Shown piece after piece: positions 21,435 to 32,950 of a stretch of 64,000 bases of DNA. Positions within the stretch are counted from its first letter, which is position 1; the number at the start of each line of letters is the position of its first letter. The notes beneath the pieces were generated by a model. That model did not search any database. It worked only from the letters and a program-made list of their open reading frames with translations, and was not told the DNA's origin. The DNA is taken from NCBI GenBank assembly GCA_009859145.1, contig VRVR01000027.1, positions 195,974 through 259,973 on the forward strand. Reading direction: 5' to 3'. Made by a program: the position numbers and the translations under genes. This DNA comes from Andalucia godoyi And28. Lineage: Eukaryota; Protista; Jakobida.

Positions 21435-23237
21435 ATGAATTCCAACGGCGACATTTGGGATGTTGATGCTGCTGTGCATTCTGTTTTGCACCTCCTTCAA
21501 ACGGATCCGCAGAATGCACGCCTTGCAGCAGTCCCTTTGTGGGTTCGTATCAACCTGCGATTTGTAACTTTGTCATTCTTCCAAATCCCTCAGTTCCTGG
21601 AGGAAGAGTTCGAAATCCCGTGCGCACTGTTCCCTCTGCTGCCCACCTCCCAGTATGCCGAGGTCGCTGACTCCGTGATCTTCTTGCTGCGGCACAGTCC
21701 GCGATACGAAGAACGAGCTTCCGCGTTCTTGGACGATTCCACTTTCCCGGATCTCGAATGGCAGAAAATCGACCCATACATTCCAGCTTACATGCCGGGA
21801 GTGCTGGGAAACGCGAGGTTGCTCGAAATGGTCATGCGCGACCGCCAGTTTCCAACTGCCCACATTCTCTTCTTGCTGAAACAGTCGTTCGAACGCTTTC
21901 TGGAACAGACAACCGCTCTTTTGATCGAGGAATCCGACTGCGGTCTACTCTCTCATTTCCACCACACCCTTTGCAACGCCGTTGTCGAGAGACGCATCAC
22001 AGGAGTGCGCATAGGGCAAATTCTATTCGTTGGGGCAGAAATAATTCTCGCATTGGGCGTTTGCTGTCCTGAACTGTTCAGAGCCAACATACCTTCTTTC
22101 CAAGCAGCCATGCACCGAATGCACTTGCCGCGACCATGGGTGTGGCTGGTGCGTGCGAGCGTACTCGCTCGATCCGACCAAGACCTCCTTCGAGCTGCTG
22201 ACCTCTTGTTGGAGCACCTGTCGACTCGTGGGGTGCGACTCCACTTTCTATTCAACGCTTTCAACATGAATAACGTCTCGTTGGCTCGGTGGATGATCGA
22301 GCACGATCTCATGGACGCAGAGCGAATCTTTGCCACCTCGTCCTTTCCGAATGTCTTGCAAGCAACAATGCCGCCCGATAAGAGGTTCACCACGATAGAG
22401 GCCGCTGCACTGTTGGGCTGTACCCTCGCAAATCCGTTTGTCATCGCTTCGGATGCTCTCCATTTCGCAGCCAACTTGTCGGCACACCTCTTGGAATCCA
22501 ACGACGTGCGGGTTGCGTTCTTCGTCGACAAATGGCTGGATTTCACTCCAACTCCTCGGCTTGATGGGTTGTCTGCTCTCCTTGACGTGACAATAAGTGA
22601 TCTCATTCTCAGCGATGAGGTGGTGGAAAAGTTTGTGTACATCTCCGTTCGGAATGACGACGTTCTCTGACTGCAAGTGCTGGAGAGTGATTTCCATGCA
22701 GACTTGTCGGACCCGAAATATTGGAGTTCCATTTCGAGTTTGAGCATGCTGCAGTTTCTGAAGGAGGAACTTGGCGTGCGGGTGCGATGATCAAGGTGGA
22801 TGAAAGTCCCAGCGGCGCTTCGCAAAAGCATATGAGACGGTGATCAGTCCGTTCGAGCAGACACATACGAGTTGCTGCGTTTGCACATCCGCTCCTCCGT
22901 TCGCCCTCAGCGAATGGCAGCGCACCGTGCCCAGTGGACCCTTCGTGCACGGCTATTGGAGGACACCGACACCGTGGGGGCCGATGTCCCACGAGTCCTT
23001 GCCGCCAATCCTCCAGCATTTCGACATTACTATCGATGGCAAACTTTGCATCATAGCATGGTATTGTTTCTCACGTTCTTGTTGAAGAGGATGGGAAGCC
23101 CAAGTGATCTTGCAGGGGGTACGCACCGTTACCGCACACAAGAAGATGTGGAAAGGGATTTGCAAACTGCAATGGCAGATGCAAAATCGAACAGCAGGAC
23201 GCTCGGTGTTTCCTGTGGTTCAGAGTGCCGAACGTAA
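21435..23237 (+). pseudogene. Paralog of the 28417..30198 protein N/central region, interrupted by three in-frame TGA codons (22668, 22788, 22833)
   Basis: Reading through the TGAs gives DLSDPKYWSSISSLSMLQF...V*SRWMKVPAALRKSI*, which aligns with DFSDPEYWRSISSQEMLRF...VWWPSWMAVPEALRRSIH of the paralog. RPWVWL and LSTRG.R motifs are also shared; no frameshift. Confidence 0.72.
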
Positions 23238-23499
23238 ACGGATTGTAAGCAAATGTGCTTCTGATTCAACGGGAAACGGTTCTGATGATGCGATTTGAGC
23301 CACACGGACTTCGATTGCAGAGTTGGCTTGTTGTTTGACCAACTTGTTCTGTCTTCGAATGGGAAAGATGCATCCGAGCAAAAACGCGCACTTTATTTGT
23401 AGCGAAACAGCTTTCCTTTCACTTCCTAGCCGCATAGGAAGCTTTCTATGCAGCTTACGTTTTCGTTTGCACTCAGTTCCGCCTACTCGATTGCCCGTG

Positions 23500-24456
23500 T
23501 TACGGGCTCTCGAAAAAGCAGTCGAATTCGTCATCACTCTTCTCCTCAGAGAATTCTTCATCACTCTTCTCCTCAGGGAATTCTTCTGCAAGTTCAAGAT
23601 TGTGCTCCCATCCGTTGCAAGTGCAAACCGGCGACGGCTTCATCTTGGAGGCCAGGACCATCCTCGCGAAGCATTTCTCACACAGCACATTTCCGCATGC
23701 CAATCGAACGTAAGGGCCGGCTTCCTCGTGATCACATGTCTGGCATCCTTCGCTGGTTGCAATCATGGGAATCATCTTCGGTCCGAGAACGTCTTTGAGA
23801 TCCGAGCAAGTTCGCTCAATTCCGAACCTGCCGATTCGTTGAAAGACTGCGAAACGTAACGGCTGGTCTATCATGACGTTCCACCATGCTTCTGAGCATC
23901 CCGTGAACAGCTGAACAAATCTGAGATCATCGCTGAAGTATGGGCGACTGAATGCAATCCAGCGTTTCAAATCTCCGAGGGAAACCAACTCATGAGGTTC
24001 CGGGAAGTCGTCCTCTTGCAGGAGGTCTTCCTCGTCGGCTGCGAGACGAATGGCTTCATTTGCCAGAAGAGATCCCATCCGGGTGATCCTGCGCGATCCA
24101 GAGCCAGGAGGGGCAGGCCAGGGCAACCACGAGGCTGTGGCAGGTACATACTGCCAGAACACTTCCAGGTCATTGGGATGGATATGGTGCCGTGGAAATT
24201 CTTGTTCGAACTTGAGAGCGAGCTTCGGGTACTTGCCGCAGAGGGATTCGACGGAAAGCGCTGCTGCAACGGTTTGCTTCTTATTGCAGCAATCGTACAC
24301 CGTTCTCCCATTCACTTCTCGACGTCGAACAATTCCCCAGCGGCATCCACGGATGAAGAATACGTTTCTGTTCTTCCGTGCCTTGGACATGGGCTGCCGA
24401 GATCCGGAGCCCGAGGGACCTGTTGATGTGGAAACGGAAGTCTTACTGGAACGCAT
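23500..24456 (-). CDS. RING-like zinc-finger protein with possible N-terminal chromo-shadow-like segment, 318 aa
   Basis: C-terminal CQTC-x12-CGN-x2-CEKC-x15-CTC (His replaced by Asn). RGCRWGIVRRREVNGRTVY...KYPKLALKFEQE resembles the HP1 chromo-shadow pattern. Acidic tail with a 27-bp duplication. Confidence 0.6.
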   Translation of the reverse strand: MRSSKTSVSTSTGPSGSGSRQPMSKARKNRNVFFIRGCRWGIVRRREVNGRTVYDCCNKKQTVAAALSVESLCGKYPKLALKFEQEFPRHHIHPNDLEVFWQYVPATASWLPWPAPPGSGSRRITRMGSLLANEAIRLAADEEDLLQEDDFPEPHELVSLGDLKRWIAFSRPYFSDDLRFVQLFTGCSEAWWNVMIDQPLRFAVFQRIGRFGIERTCSDLKDVLGPKMIPMIATSEGCQTCDHEEAGPYVRLACGNVLCEKCFARMVLASKMKPSPVCTCNGWEHNLELAEEFPEEKSDEEFSEEKSDDEFDCFFESP

Positions 24457-24577
24457 GCCTGCTGAAAATGATTCTTTGAAATGGATTAAAGATTAAAAGA
24501 AAACACGAAACCAAGAGAAAACGTTTCATCTCTATTTTTCTCACGGATTTTTTAAGCCATAAACAGGCAGAACGGTA

Positions 24578-25238
24578 TTTTTACATAAACTTTACATAAG
24601 CACAGTCATCTGGGTATCCGTGACCTTCAGCTGCTCCGGTTGGTCAGGAGGTCAGGAACGTCGGACGGAGCGCATCTCGATTTTACATAAGCACAGTCAT
24701 CTGGGTCTCCGCGACCTTCAGCTGCTCTGGTTGCTCAGGAGGTCAGGAACGTCGGACGGAGCGCATCTCGATTTTACATAAGCACAGTCATCCGGGTCTC
24801 CGCGACCCTCAGCTGCTCTGGTTGGTCAGGAGGACCGGCAGGTCGGACGGGGCTGATCTCGATTTTACATACGCCTGGTCATCTGGGTCTCCACGACCTT
24901 CAGCTGCTCTGGTTGGTCAGGAGGACCGGCAGGTCGGACGGAGCTGATCTCGATGTTAGATAAGCACAGTCATCCGGGTCTCCACGACCGTCAGCTGCTC
25001 TGGTTGCTCAGGAGGTCAGGAACGTCGGACGGGGCTGATCTCGATTTTACATACGCCTGGTCATCTGGGTCTCCACGACCGTCAGCTGCTCTGGTTGCTC
25101 AGGAGGTCAGGAACGTCGGACGGAGCGCATCTCGATTTTACATAAGCACAGTCATCCGGGTCTCCACGACCGTCAGCTGCTCCGGTTGGTCAGGAGGACC
25201 GGCAGGTCGGACGGAGCTGATCTCGATGTTAGATAAGC
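24578..25238 (+). repeat. 91-bp tandem array 1 (7 units)
   Basis: Unit starts (CATAAGC-equivalent) at 24595, 24686, 24777, 24868, 24959, 25050, 25141 and 25232, an exact 91-bp period. Confidence 0.97.
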
Positions 25239-25239
25239 C

Positions 25240-26450
25240 TAGTGGTTGCGCTCTTCGTGTTGGAGTGGAAGACGAAGATTTTACCAACCGTTCACTCCTT
25301 GGCATCTGAACATCGCAGCACAGCTCCAACTCTACTGGCGGAAATTCGACATCTGTTCGGAGGAAACACCGAGGGCTTGCGCCAGGGCTGATGCATCCAT
25401 CCTAAGCGTAAATGACGTGATCGTTCATGCCGAGTCGAACGACGCTAGAATTGCATTCTATGAACTCAACGCAGACAACATCAGCAGGTTCGCACACGGA
25501 GGGGTGCAGCGCCAGCAACTCGTGGTATGTATGCAGCCGATCCTGTGTTGGTTCGTGAAATGCTTGGCCCGTGGATATAGAGACTACATCGTGTTCGAAT
25601 CCACCAATCCGACACATGCCCTTCTAATAAGGTGTCGACTATCAGAAGACAACGCACCAATAAGGCAGACAATGGGTGGCTCCGATTCTGTCGGACCTGT
25701 GCCCGCTACCAACTGGTCTCCCAAGGAATTCCACCTGCATCTAGGACCAAGGACCGTCCGATCTGGGTTCCAAGGGGATCACATGGGAGGGCGCCTGGAA
25801 GCATCGAACCCCAACATGACCGACCCACAGGTTTCACGCACTTTCTACTGGACTTCCTGATAGGAAACTCGATCTCGGATACCAATTTCTCCGAAAGTTG
25901 AAGGAGTCGTTCTGCGGATATTCGCAATCAATTCCAAGTGTTCTTGTTCCTGAGATGCGATCCGATGTTTCCTTGAGGACAAGAGGCTACCAGCGAATTC
26001 AGCTTCATTCAGCTTCACGGTCAACCAGCTTAGTAAGGCCATGCCCGTTCGGTGGAAATGTGCCAATCTCAGAAAATCGTCGACGTATAACGAGATTTGA
26101 AGCCCAAGCGAGCGGCTGTGGTCTTTCAGTGGCATCCGAAGCTTCGTGCTGACGTCAGATGTCCAACTCAGCCTGAAGAAGAGTATCTGAAATATGTACT
26201 GCTGCTGTCCCTCCCGAATGCCGCGCAGTGCGGAGAACTGATCGCTCAGGGAAGCCACACGATATCTGTATGTGAGATCTACCGAGAAGAGCTGTTCTCG
26301 CTCTGGGTCAGGTGAACCAACGAGGATCAATCCTCTTATCTGATGCGCGAAGTTTGGAGCAGGAGCATGATGCACGGCCCGCAGGCCGTCAACCAGGCGC
26401 CCCTCTCACCTTGGAAATCAGGACAACCGGACACCGTAGGAGGCTATCTA
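25240..26450 (-). mobile_element. Degenerate DIRS-like (tyrosine-recombinase retrotransposon) reverse transcriptase plus RNase H remnant
   Basis: RLVDGLRAVH...LFSVDL...QYIFQILFFRLSWTSDVSTKL...RSLGLQISLYVDDFL matches the DIRS RT layout (RLIxDLRxLN, SxDL, YQFxxLPFGL, FTK, YxDD). Downstream TLRMDASALAQALG and frameshifted VELEL resemble RNase H motifs; stops and frameshifts are present. Confidence 0.7.
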
Positions 26451-27247
26451 CGTCGGCTGCACTCCGAATCGACCCAGCCGACAGCAGCCGCTGCACCTCA
26501 GCGTCGAGCCATTCCAGATCTGAAATAGGCAACAATCTTCGAGGTTACATCGGATGATACATCGGTGCAAGGTTCAGACCCGCGACAGACACCACTTCCA
26601 GGATCAGAGGAGAAGACGGATGCTCGCTCAATAAGCCGATTCATCTGATATGCACAGCCAGAGCGGCAGGTCAGGCAGGATCTCCTTAGTCAGCACGAAC
26701 CGGCGGCCAAGCGCCATAGAGCCGGTCCTTCTCCGGCCTGTTTCCCTCGTCGTGCATATCATGTTAGCCGCACAGGAACCGCTGTCCACGCAGTACGCGG
26801 CGGCTGATGTAGGAACTGGCGGCCACAGATTTAAAGGCATGCAGCTGAACGTGGGCTCCTCCCCTTTTGACTCACAGGGGATGGAGGTCATGAGCACCGG
26901 CTCCAGCGGGACAAGTGAGGCGAGGGCATACGAAGTTGGCTCTCCCGCCTCAATGTAGAGGGATGCGGGATTAGCTGCGATGGCGGCCGACCGGTGGTCC
27001 AGCTCGCATTCCAATCCGGAGCCAAGTTGCATGCCGGATTCGAACTCTCTTTTCCGACGGAAGCCGAAGATGTGTCGGTTGGATTTCCAACAACGCCCCA
27101 GAACGCGGCTCACTTCCGAATTCGTCCACTGCCTTTCCGTCTCTCTTTTTATTCTTTTCGCTCTTTATGGTTCGCCTAATTTTCTTTTCTTCTTTTCTGT
27201 TCTTCTGTTCCCAGTCTCAGTTATCCTTCAGCTTAATCTCGGCCATC

Positions 27248-28195
27248 ATGCGTTTTGTATTCGCCATTGCTTTTTCCTTGCTACTGGCCATGTCCAGCGG
27301 TCTGTCAACACAGACAACGCTTCCTGAGCTTGAACTTGTGATAGGTCTCGGCATGGAATCATCCTGCCCCACAGTGCGGTACTTCGCCGCTGGGGATGCT
27401 GTGAATCGCATTGCAGTGTCGCCGATCGATTTCACCGAGTACACGATCACGCCGTCGTCAATCACAAGCGGTACCGTTACGAAGGTCGCGTGTTCCATCT
27501 GGCAGGCGGACATCGTGACGGATCCTGCTGGAAAGTTTATTTCGTACACGGGTGCACACAACGCCGGGACCACGCCTTCCGTGTACTACTACATCTGTCT
27601 GTCGGAGACGGGTTGTTCTGTCGATCGCATCTACGCCTCGTTCATCATCACTGCCTTCACGAAGGTGAACTACAATTACACGCTGCCTGCTGCGGTGCCG
27701 ATGACCCGTGGCCAGGCGTTCCTCGCTGCAATTCCTGCACCGCGCTCGACGCCGTACGGATCCGGGGTCACACATCTTGGATTTGACTTGCAGACATATG
27801 TCGGGGGCTCTCAAAGCAAGAAGAAAATCACGTTCGACGGATCGAGCAGTGCGTCTGCGAACATCAAGCTGATTGCCAACGGGGGAATTTCGGTGGTTGC
27901 AAGGCAGGGAGGGCCATACTCGTTTGCAGGCGTGTACACTTCTCCAACGTCGTACTACGTGAATGCGAACAATACGAACGCCGAAACTGCCGTAGCCGCT
28001 TATGGAACTTCGAGCGCGGTCGGCTCTCTGTATGCCGATACCACGACGTACGTGGCGATTCCCCAGGACCGGTATGCCAACATCATATTTACCGCTGTGT
28101 TCGGAGTCACCGGGACCGGCGTGTCCTCAGGTGCGTCCGCTGCATGGATGTCTCCGTTGGTACTGTGCACTCTGGCCGCTCTGCATTTGCTGTAA
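27248..28195 (+). CDS. Secreted, probably GPI-anchored surface protein, about 315 aa, Ser/Thr/Ala/Tyr-rich
   Basis: Signal peptide MRFVFAIAFSLLLAMSSG; C-terminal SSGASAAWMSPLVLCTLAALHLL (small residues then hydrophobic end). Confidence 0.75.
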   Translation: MRFVFAIAFSLLLAMSSGLSTQTTLPELELVIGLGMESSCPTVRYFAAGDAVNRIAVSPIDFTEYTITPSSITSGTVTKVACSIWQADIVTDPAGKFISYTGAHNAGTTPSVYYYICLSETGCSVDRIYASFIITAFTKVNYNYTLPAAVPMTRGQAFLAAIPAPRSTPYGSGVTHLGFDLQTYVGGSQSKKKITFDGSSSASANIKLIANGGISVVARQGGPYSFAGVYTSPTSYYVNANNTNAETAVAAYGTSSAVGSLYADTTTYVAIPQDRYANIIFTAVFGVTGTGVSSGASAAWMSPLVLCTLAALHLL

Positions 28196-28416
28196 TCTAC
28201 CATAAACATGGTGACTGCATGAAGCTTCGTTTATTTAATCAGAAAAGACGTACGTGGCATCCGTCGCCTTGTCGATTTTTTGTGCAGAAGAGCAGAACAT
28301 TCGCTGATGACGGATGCCGAGTTTCTCCAAAACACGAAGCATGCACCACTTCTGTGACACATGCACTCTCCTATTCATTTATAATTCCGTAATCCCGACC
28401 CAGCCAACTAATAAAA

Positions 28417-30198
28417 ATGCCGATTGATCTCCAATCTCTTTGGAACGGTGTCTTGGACGGCTGTGTCGTTCAGCACGAGTTCTTCGGACTCACCTTTGAC
28501 ACTGCAGAGATCCTTCTCGCTGTAGCCGTGCAGGACCCAACACTGCTCGAGCGGAATATTGTCTCGTTGCTGGATGCGGTACGCACGATGGTGCGACCTC
28601 GGCCGTGGGTCTGGTTGATGAAGGCGAGCTGCCTGCGGAATGTTCCAGATGCTAATTTCCTGCGGGTCGCAAACATGCTGCATGCCATCCTGTCAACACG
28701 AGGGATGCGTGTGTTTCTGGAGTTTCATGTAGTTGACATCGGCAATGCAGCTCTCGCTGGTTGGATGGTGGAACACCAACTTGTTTATGCAGATCGGGTG
28801 CTGCAGACAAGCACGTTCCCGTCGGTCATTCTCTCGTTGCTGGATCCATATAGGATGTTCTCACTGGAAGAGGCTTTGAAGATCATGAGACGAGTCTTGT
28901 CGAATTTCCAGGTTTCCCGGGAGGAGAAGCTTGCATTTGCTTCGCACCTGCACCGCCATACGTCTTCCAGCTTGGAAGAGTGCGAGGAATGTTTAATGTT
29001 CATTTGGTTGGGCGAAATGGATCGCGAAACTCTTGCTTTCTTCGAGGTCCTCGTGGGGATCGAGATCCGTGCGCTTGTCCTTGCGCCCAGTGCAATCCAC
29101 GCATTCATTCGTCACGAACATTTCGTGCAGCTGAATTTGCTCGTGGAACAGTTTTCGGTAGACTTTTCGGATCCAGAATACTGGAGATCGATCTCCAGTC
29201 AGGAAATGTTGCGCTTCTTTGTGAACGATCTCGAGATTGATGTCTGGTGGCCGTCCTGGATGGCCGTACCGGAAGCACTGAGAAGAAGCATTCATCAAAA
29301 CGAATTCGCAGTCCGTCCCCGAGAATACGAGGGTTTGTTGCAGTTTGTCCGCTCGGGAGCACGTCCAAGACGGGAAGCCGGAGAACGGGCACGATGGAAT
29401 ATTCGATCCATACTTTTAGCGTCGAATGATATTGTGGAAGCTGACGTTTCTGCAGTCCTTGGAGAAGATGCGACGCGGCTTAACCGGTATTTCCAATGGA
29501 GAAGCGTGCATCCGAACCTGCGGGCCTTTCTTGCCACACTGACACGCCGAGTGCGTGCCCCCGCTTCTGTCTTGACGGCAGCGATGCCAATGACTACCGA
29601 TGAGCAGATATCCCGCATCCTGTCACTTGCTCTGGAGAATCCAACGTGGAGCATGCTGGGCTTCCTGCTTTCCTTCCGTCGAAGCGAGGACGCGGAGTCC
29701 CTGCATGCCAACGCTCTTGTGGTGCGCCGAGATGGACGCCGTGTAGAACGATTTGAGCCGCATGGCCACTGCGCTTCGAATGACATTGTCGAAAGTCGCA
29801 TTCGACGGATCATGTTGCCGATGCTCAGTGCATCCGACCAAGGTCGTTCGTACAACATTCGTCCTCTTAAACAGACTTGTCCCTTTTTGGGTGCACAGGC
29901 GCTGGAAGCCGCTGTGGAATGGGACCGGCTCGATCTTCGAGAAATGCCAGGATTCTGCGCTATCTGGTCTCTCATGGCATTGCACTACTGCATGGTCTAT
30001 CCGTCTTGGTCGATGAGCGAGGTCTCTTCTCATCTCGCCCGCGGCAAGGCGGTCGAAGTAGCGGCCAGAGTCCGACAGTATACCGCGTATGCATGGGCTC
30101 TGCTGAACCAGGATGCGTGGCAAGAAGACGTATTTCCCATTGCGAAAGCGGATGGAGTAGTCGAAAATCAGAGGTACATTGGAACGTTCGCTCCCTAA
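28417..30198 (+). CDS. 593-aa protein with C-terminal clan CE-like (ULP/adenain-type order His-acid-Gln-Cys) cysteine protease domain
   Basis: HANALVVRR...ERFEPHG...LGAQ...GFCAIWS; N-terminal two-thirds are homologous to 21435..23237. Confidence 0.65.
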   Translation: MPIDLQSLWNGVLDGCVVQHEFFGLTFDTAEILLAVAVQDPTLLERNIVSLLDAVRTMVRPRPWVWLMKASCLRNVPDANFLRVANMLHAILSTRGMRVFLEFHVVDIGNAALAGWMVEHQLVYADRVLQTSTFPSVILSLLDPYRMFSLEEALKIMRRVLSNFQVSREEKLAFASHLHRHTSSSLEECEECLMFIWLGEMDRETLAFFEVLVGIEIRALVLAPSAIHAFIRHEHFVQLNLLVEQFSVDFSDPEYWRSISSQEMLRFFVNDLEIDVWWPSWMAVPEALRRSIHQNEFAVRPREYEGLLQFVRSGARPRREAGERARWNIRSILLASNDIVEADVSAVLGEDATRLNRYFQWRSVHPNLRAFLATLTRRVRAPASVLTAAMPMTTDEQISRILSLALENPTWSMLGFLLSFRRSEDAESLHANALVVRRDGRRVERFEPHGHCASNDIVESRIRRIMLPMLSASDQGRSYNIRPLKQTCPFLGAQALEAAVEWDRLDLREMPGFCAIWSLMALHYCMVYPSWSMSEVSSHLARGKAVEVAARVRQYTAYAWALLNQDAWQEDVFPIAKADGVVENQRYIGTFAP

Positions 30199-30355
30199 GT
30201 TGTTGTTGAAGGTGAATGTAGGTCATCAACCGAATGCCGTGGAATCGACCAGAACCAGAGAATCTTTTCCAACCTTAGAGGTAAACGAGAGTCACCATTC
30301 GCTGCAGTTTTTGAACTGGCTTTTTTCATTACTACATAAAAGATCGGACGCTGTC

Positions 30356-30592
30356 ATGATGCTCGCCGTACTGATTGTTCTCGTTCTTCTGATTGTGATT
30401 GGTAACATCCCGGCGTTTTTCCGAACATGTGCTTACGCGGTCGAGAAGACGCAAGACATGTTCCGCTGCTGGGGAGAGCAAAAGCCGCCGGCACCCGAGA
30501 CCAACGGAGAGCGATTGGAAGGAGTACATCCTACAAAAGCAGATCGCTTGGCAGGCGTAGAGAAAAAAGATGAATCTGAAGACATGGCGTAG
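30356..30592 (+). CDS. Small protein with N-terminal hydrophobic helix, 78 aa
   Basis: MMLAVLIVLVLLIVIGNIP then a charged tail; first ATG at 30356. Confidence 0.3.
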   Translation: MMLAVLIVLVLLIVIGNIPAFFRTCAYAVEKTQDMFRCWGEQKPPAPETNGERLEGVHPTKADRLAGVEKKDESEDMA

Positions 30593-31996
30593 AATCAGTC
30601 AAAACAGGGACAAAAGGATGCAACCGCGAGGTTGTTGAAGACGAATAACATGTTCTTGCGTTTGTCAAGTTTCTAGAGGAATGGCTACCGAAGCCGTGGC
30701 TGCCAGTGTTACATCTCTCTCGATACTATTAGTCAAGTCCCAGAGAACTTTGTCTCAGACGGGAGAGGTATAAACAGCTGCTATACCGTCTTTGCATTTC
30801 CTTACTCCAAGATGCTCCACCTGTGTTGGTGCGAGACGCTCGAGAGGATCACATTCCTTTCAATGAAGGATGCGTAGGATTTGAAATGCTTCACAATCAT
30901 TAAAGTGCTCTTATCGAATTACTACAAAAACACCATCAGAAATTGGTGTATCAGAGAGCCATCGATTTTCATGAAGCAGGTCGCATGAATGTGGATTCGG
31001 GTGTACCTGCAATTCGGAATTTACATGATAACAAACATCATTATCTCAGGAAAGTTTGCTACCTCGCGCCGACGGGGATCGTCTTCGGATGCTTGTCACG
31101 GAACCAGCAATCGGATGGATGGGCTGTCACACCGGGCTTGATCTGCGAGGGCACTGAATAAGCAGGAACGTTTGTCATCCTTGCCTGCCTCCCAGCTTGA
31201 CGACAGAGCCCCAGACGATGACAAGTTTCCGGCGATCTGCCCCGATTTGACCGACCAAGAACACTAGAACTGCAGGGGGCGAGGATACTCATCTCCGCTA
31301 GTGGATTTGTTGTGACCGGCTTGTACGCACTTCTTCGCGCAGCCGCTCTGAAATCCCACAGGCGGTCGTCCCTTTGTTGTCTTGCAGCAAAGTGCATGCG
31401 AGTTTCCCGTTGCTATCCGTTTGGGTAGTGTTTCAATGGAAAAACCAAGGTTTAAACTGACGATCTTCAGGAAGATGGCCAGAGGCATTCTGTTTGTCAT
31501 TCGGCATCCTCCTGTCTTCTCTCAATGATGCTAGCATGAACCTTTGGGCCTACAGCACAGGTGCGTATATGAGACACTGAATACCGTCGGGGTCCCTGGG
31601 AGAGCAGTCTGTAATGACTGCTGGCGAGGGACCTACGAACGTGGCTTCTCTCATCGGCTTGAGGAGAAGACGGCACACTGGCCGTGCATGTGTTCAATGA
31701 AATCGAGGTTTGATATAAACTGGAAAACTGTCTTGAGATCTTTTACTGCGTTCTTTGCGCCACTCCAGGTACCGACGCAAGCACCCATCCTCAAAACTGC
31801 ATAGAAAGACATTCACGCGCCATCAGTCAATCAAATACGGATTGGGAACCGCAAAATAGAAACCGAATCTACGTCATTCGCTCTTTGCTGTCGGAGGAGA
31901 CTGGCGCCCCATTGGTTCGTCTCGCGTACGTTGCGTTATCCTCCTCTGGCCGCCGTCTTGCATTTCTTTTCTTTCTTTTTCGATTGAACAGATTCC

Positions 31997-32950
31997 ATGG
32001 ACCACTCTTCCTCTGGCCCAATGCAAGTTTCCCCTTATCATTTGAAGATGACAACGGACCAGCGTCTCCTGTTGACAGACGTCTACAAGAAGAGCGTTCG
32101 CTGGTCACATTGTTGCCATTCCTCTGCATCCATTCTTGTCCTTGTCTTTGCTGCAATGTGCCTTTGGCTGGGGTTGGGCAACGATTTTACTGTTCAAAAC
32201 TACTGGATGCTCGACGAACTTCCTTCAACCGCACGTGGTCCTCGATGCGAGAAGGGCGCACTGGTGGATGGAAGTGTGTTTTACACGTTCCGTCAAGGTA
32301 GCTTGGTCATGCATGGATTCGATGGATGTGCGTTTATACTCAGTGCCCCCTGCACAAACACTTCTGACCTTCTGCAAACATACGTGCGTACGGGAATTCC
32401 ACTGCAGTACGAGTTCTACAACATGTCCAACTTTGATTACGATGTTTATCACAGGAATGCCGCGTTCTTCCTCGTCTTGCTTGCCTCCGAGCTGATCGTC
32501 TTGCTCTTCCAAGTCTACACCACCAGAAAGCGCCTTTCCGGAGATGTCCTTTATGAAAACAAATGGTTTGAGCTGGTGCAGATCATCTTTACCGTACTTA
32601 TGTTTCTCATGTTTGCACTTTCGATCCGGGCAGTCTTCTTCTTCTCCTTCTATGGAATGGTCCTACCGCCGCTCTCTGTTTCTTCCGATGTCTGTTCAAC
32701 AAAAAACGACCCATATTCCGATTATGTCACCGAAAATGTGCTGTCCATTCGCAGTCTTGTGGTTAAATACGTAGCGATTGCAAGCTTCGTGGTGCTCTGC
32801 TTTCGAATCCTCACTGTTTTCGTCAATCCCGTGTTCTTCTTGAAGAGGGTCCAGTACAAGATCCTCGTTGGCGAATCTCTGACATTCCTGGAAAAGATGG
32901 CCCATAGATTGTGCTGTTGCTTTCTTCCCAGAAAGGCTGTGCCCATTTAA
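31997..32950 (+). CDS. Multi-pass membrane protein (about 4 TM) of unknown family, 317 aa
   Basis: Hydrophobic segments ILVLVFAAMCLWLGLG, FFLVLLASELIVLLF, IIFTVLMFLMFALSI and VAIASFVVLCFRILTVFV; Cys-containing luminal loop. Confidence 0.75.
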   Translation: MDHSSSGPMQVSPYHLKMTTDQRLLLTDVYKKSVRWSHCCHSSASILVLVFAAMCLWLGLGNDFTVQNYWMLDELPSTARGPRCEKGALVDGSVFYTFRQGSLVMHGFDGCAFILSAPCTNTSDLLQTYVRTGIPLQYEFYNMSNFDYDVYHRNAAFFLVLLASELIVLLFQVYTTRKRLSGDVLYENKWFELVQIIFTVLMFLMFALSIRAVFFFSFYGMVLPPLSVSSDVCSTKNDPYSDYVTENVLSIRSLVVKYVAIASFVVLCFRILTVFVNPVFFLKRVQYKILVGESLTFLEKMAHRLCCCFLPRKAVPI

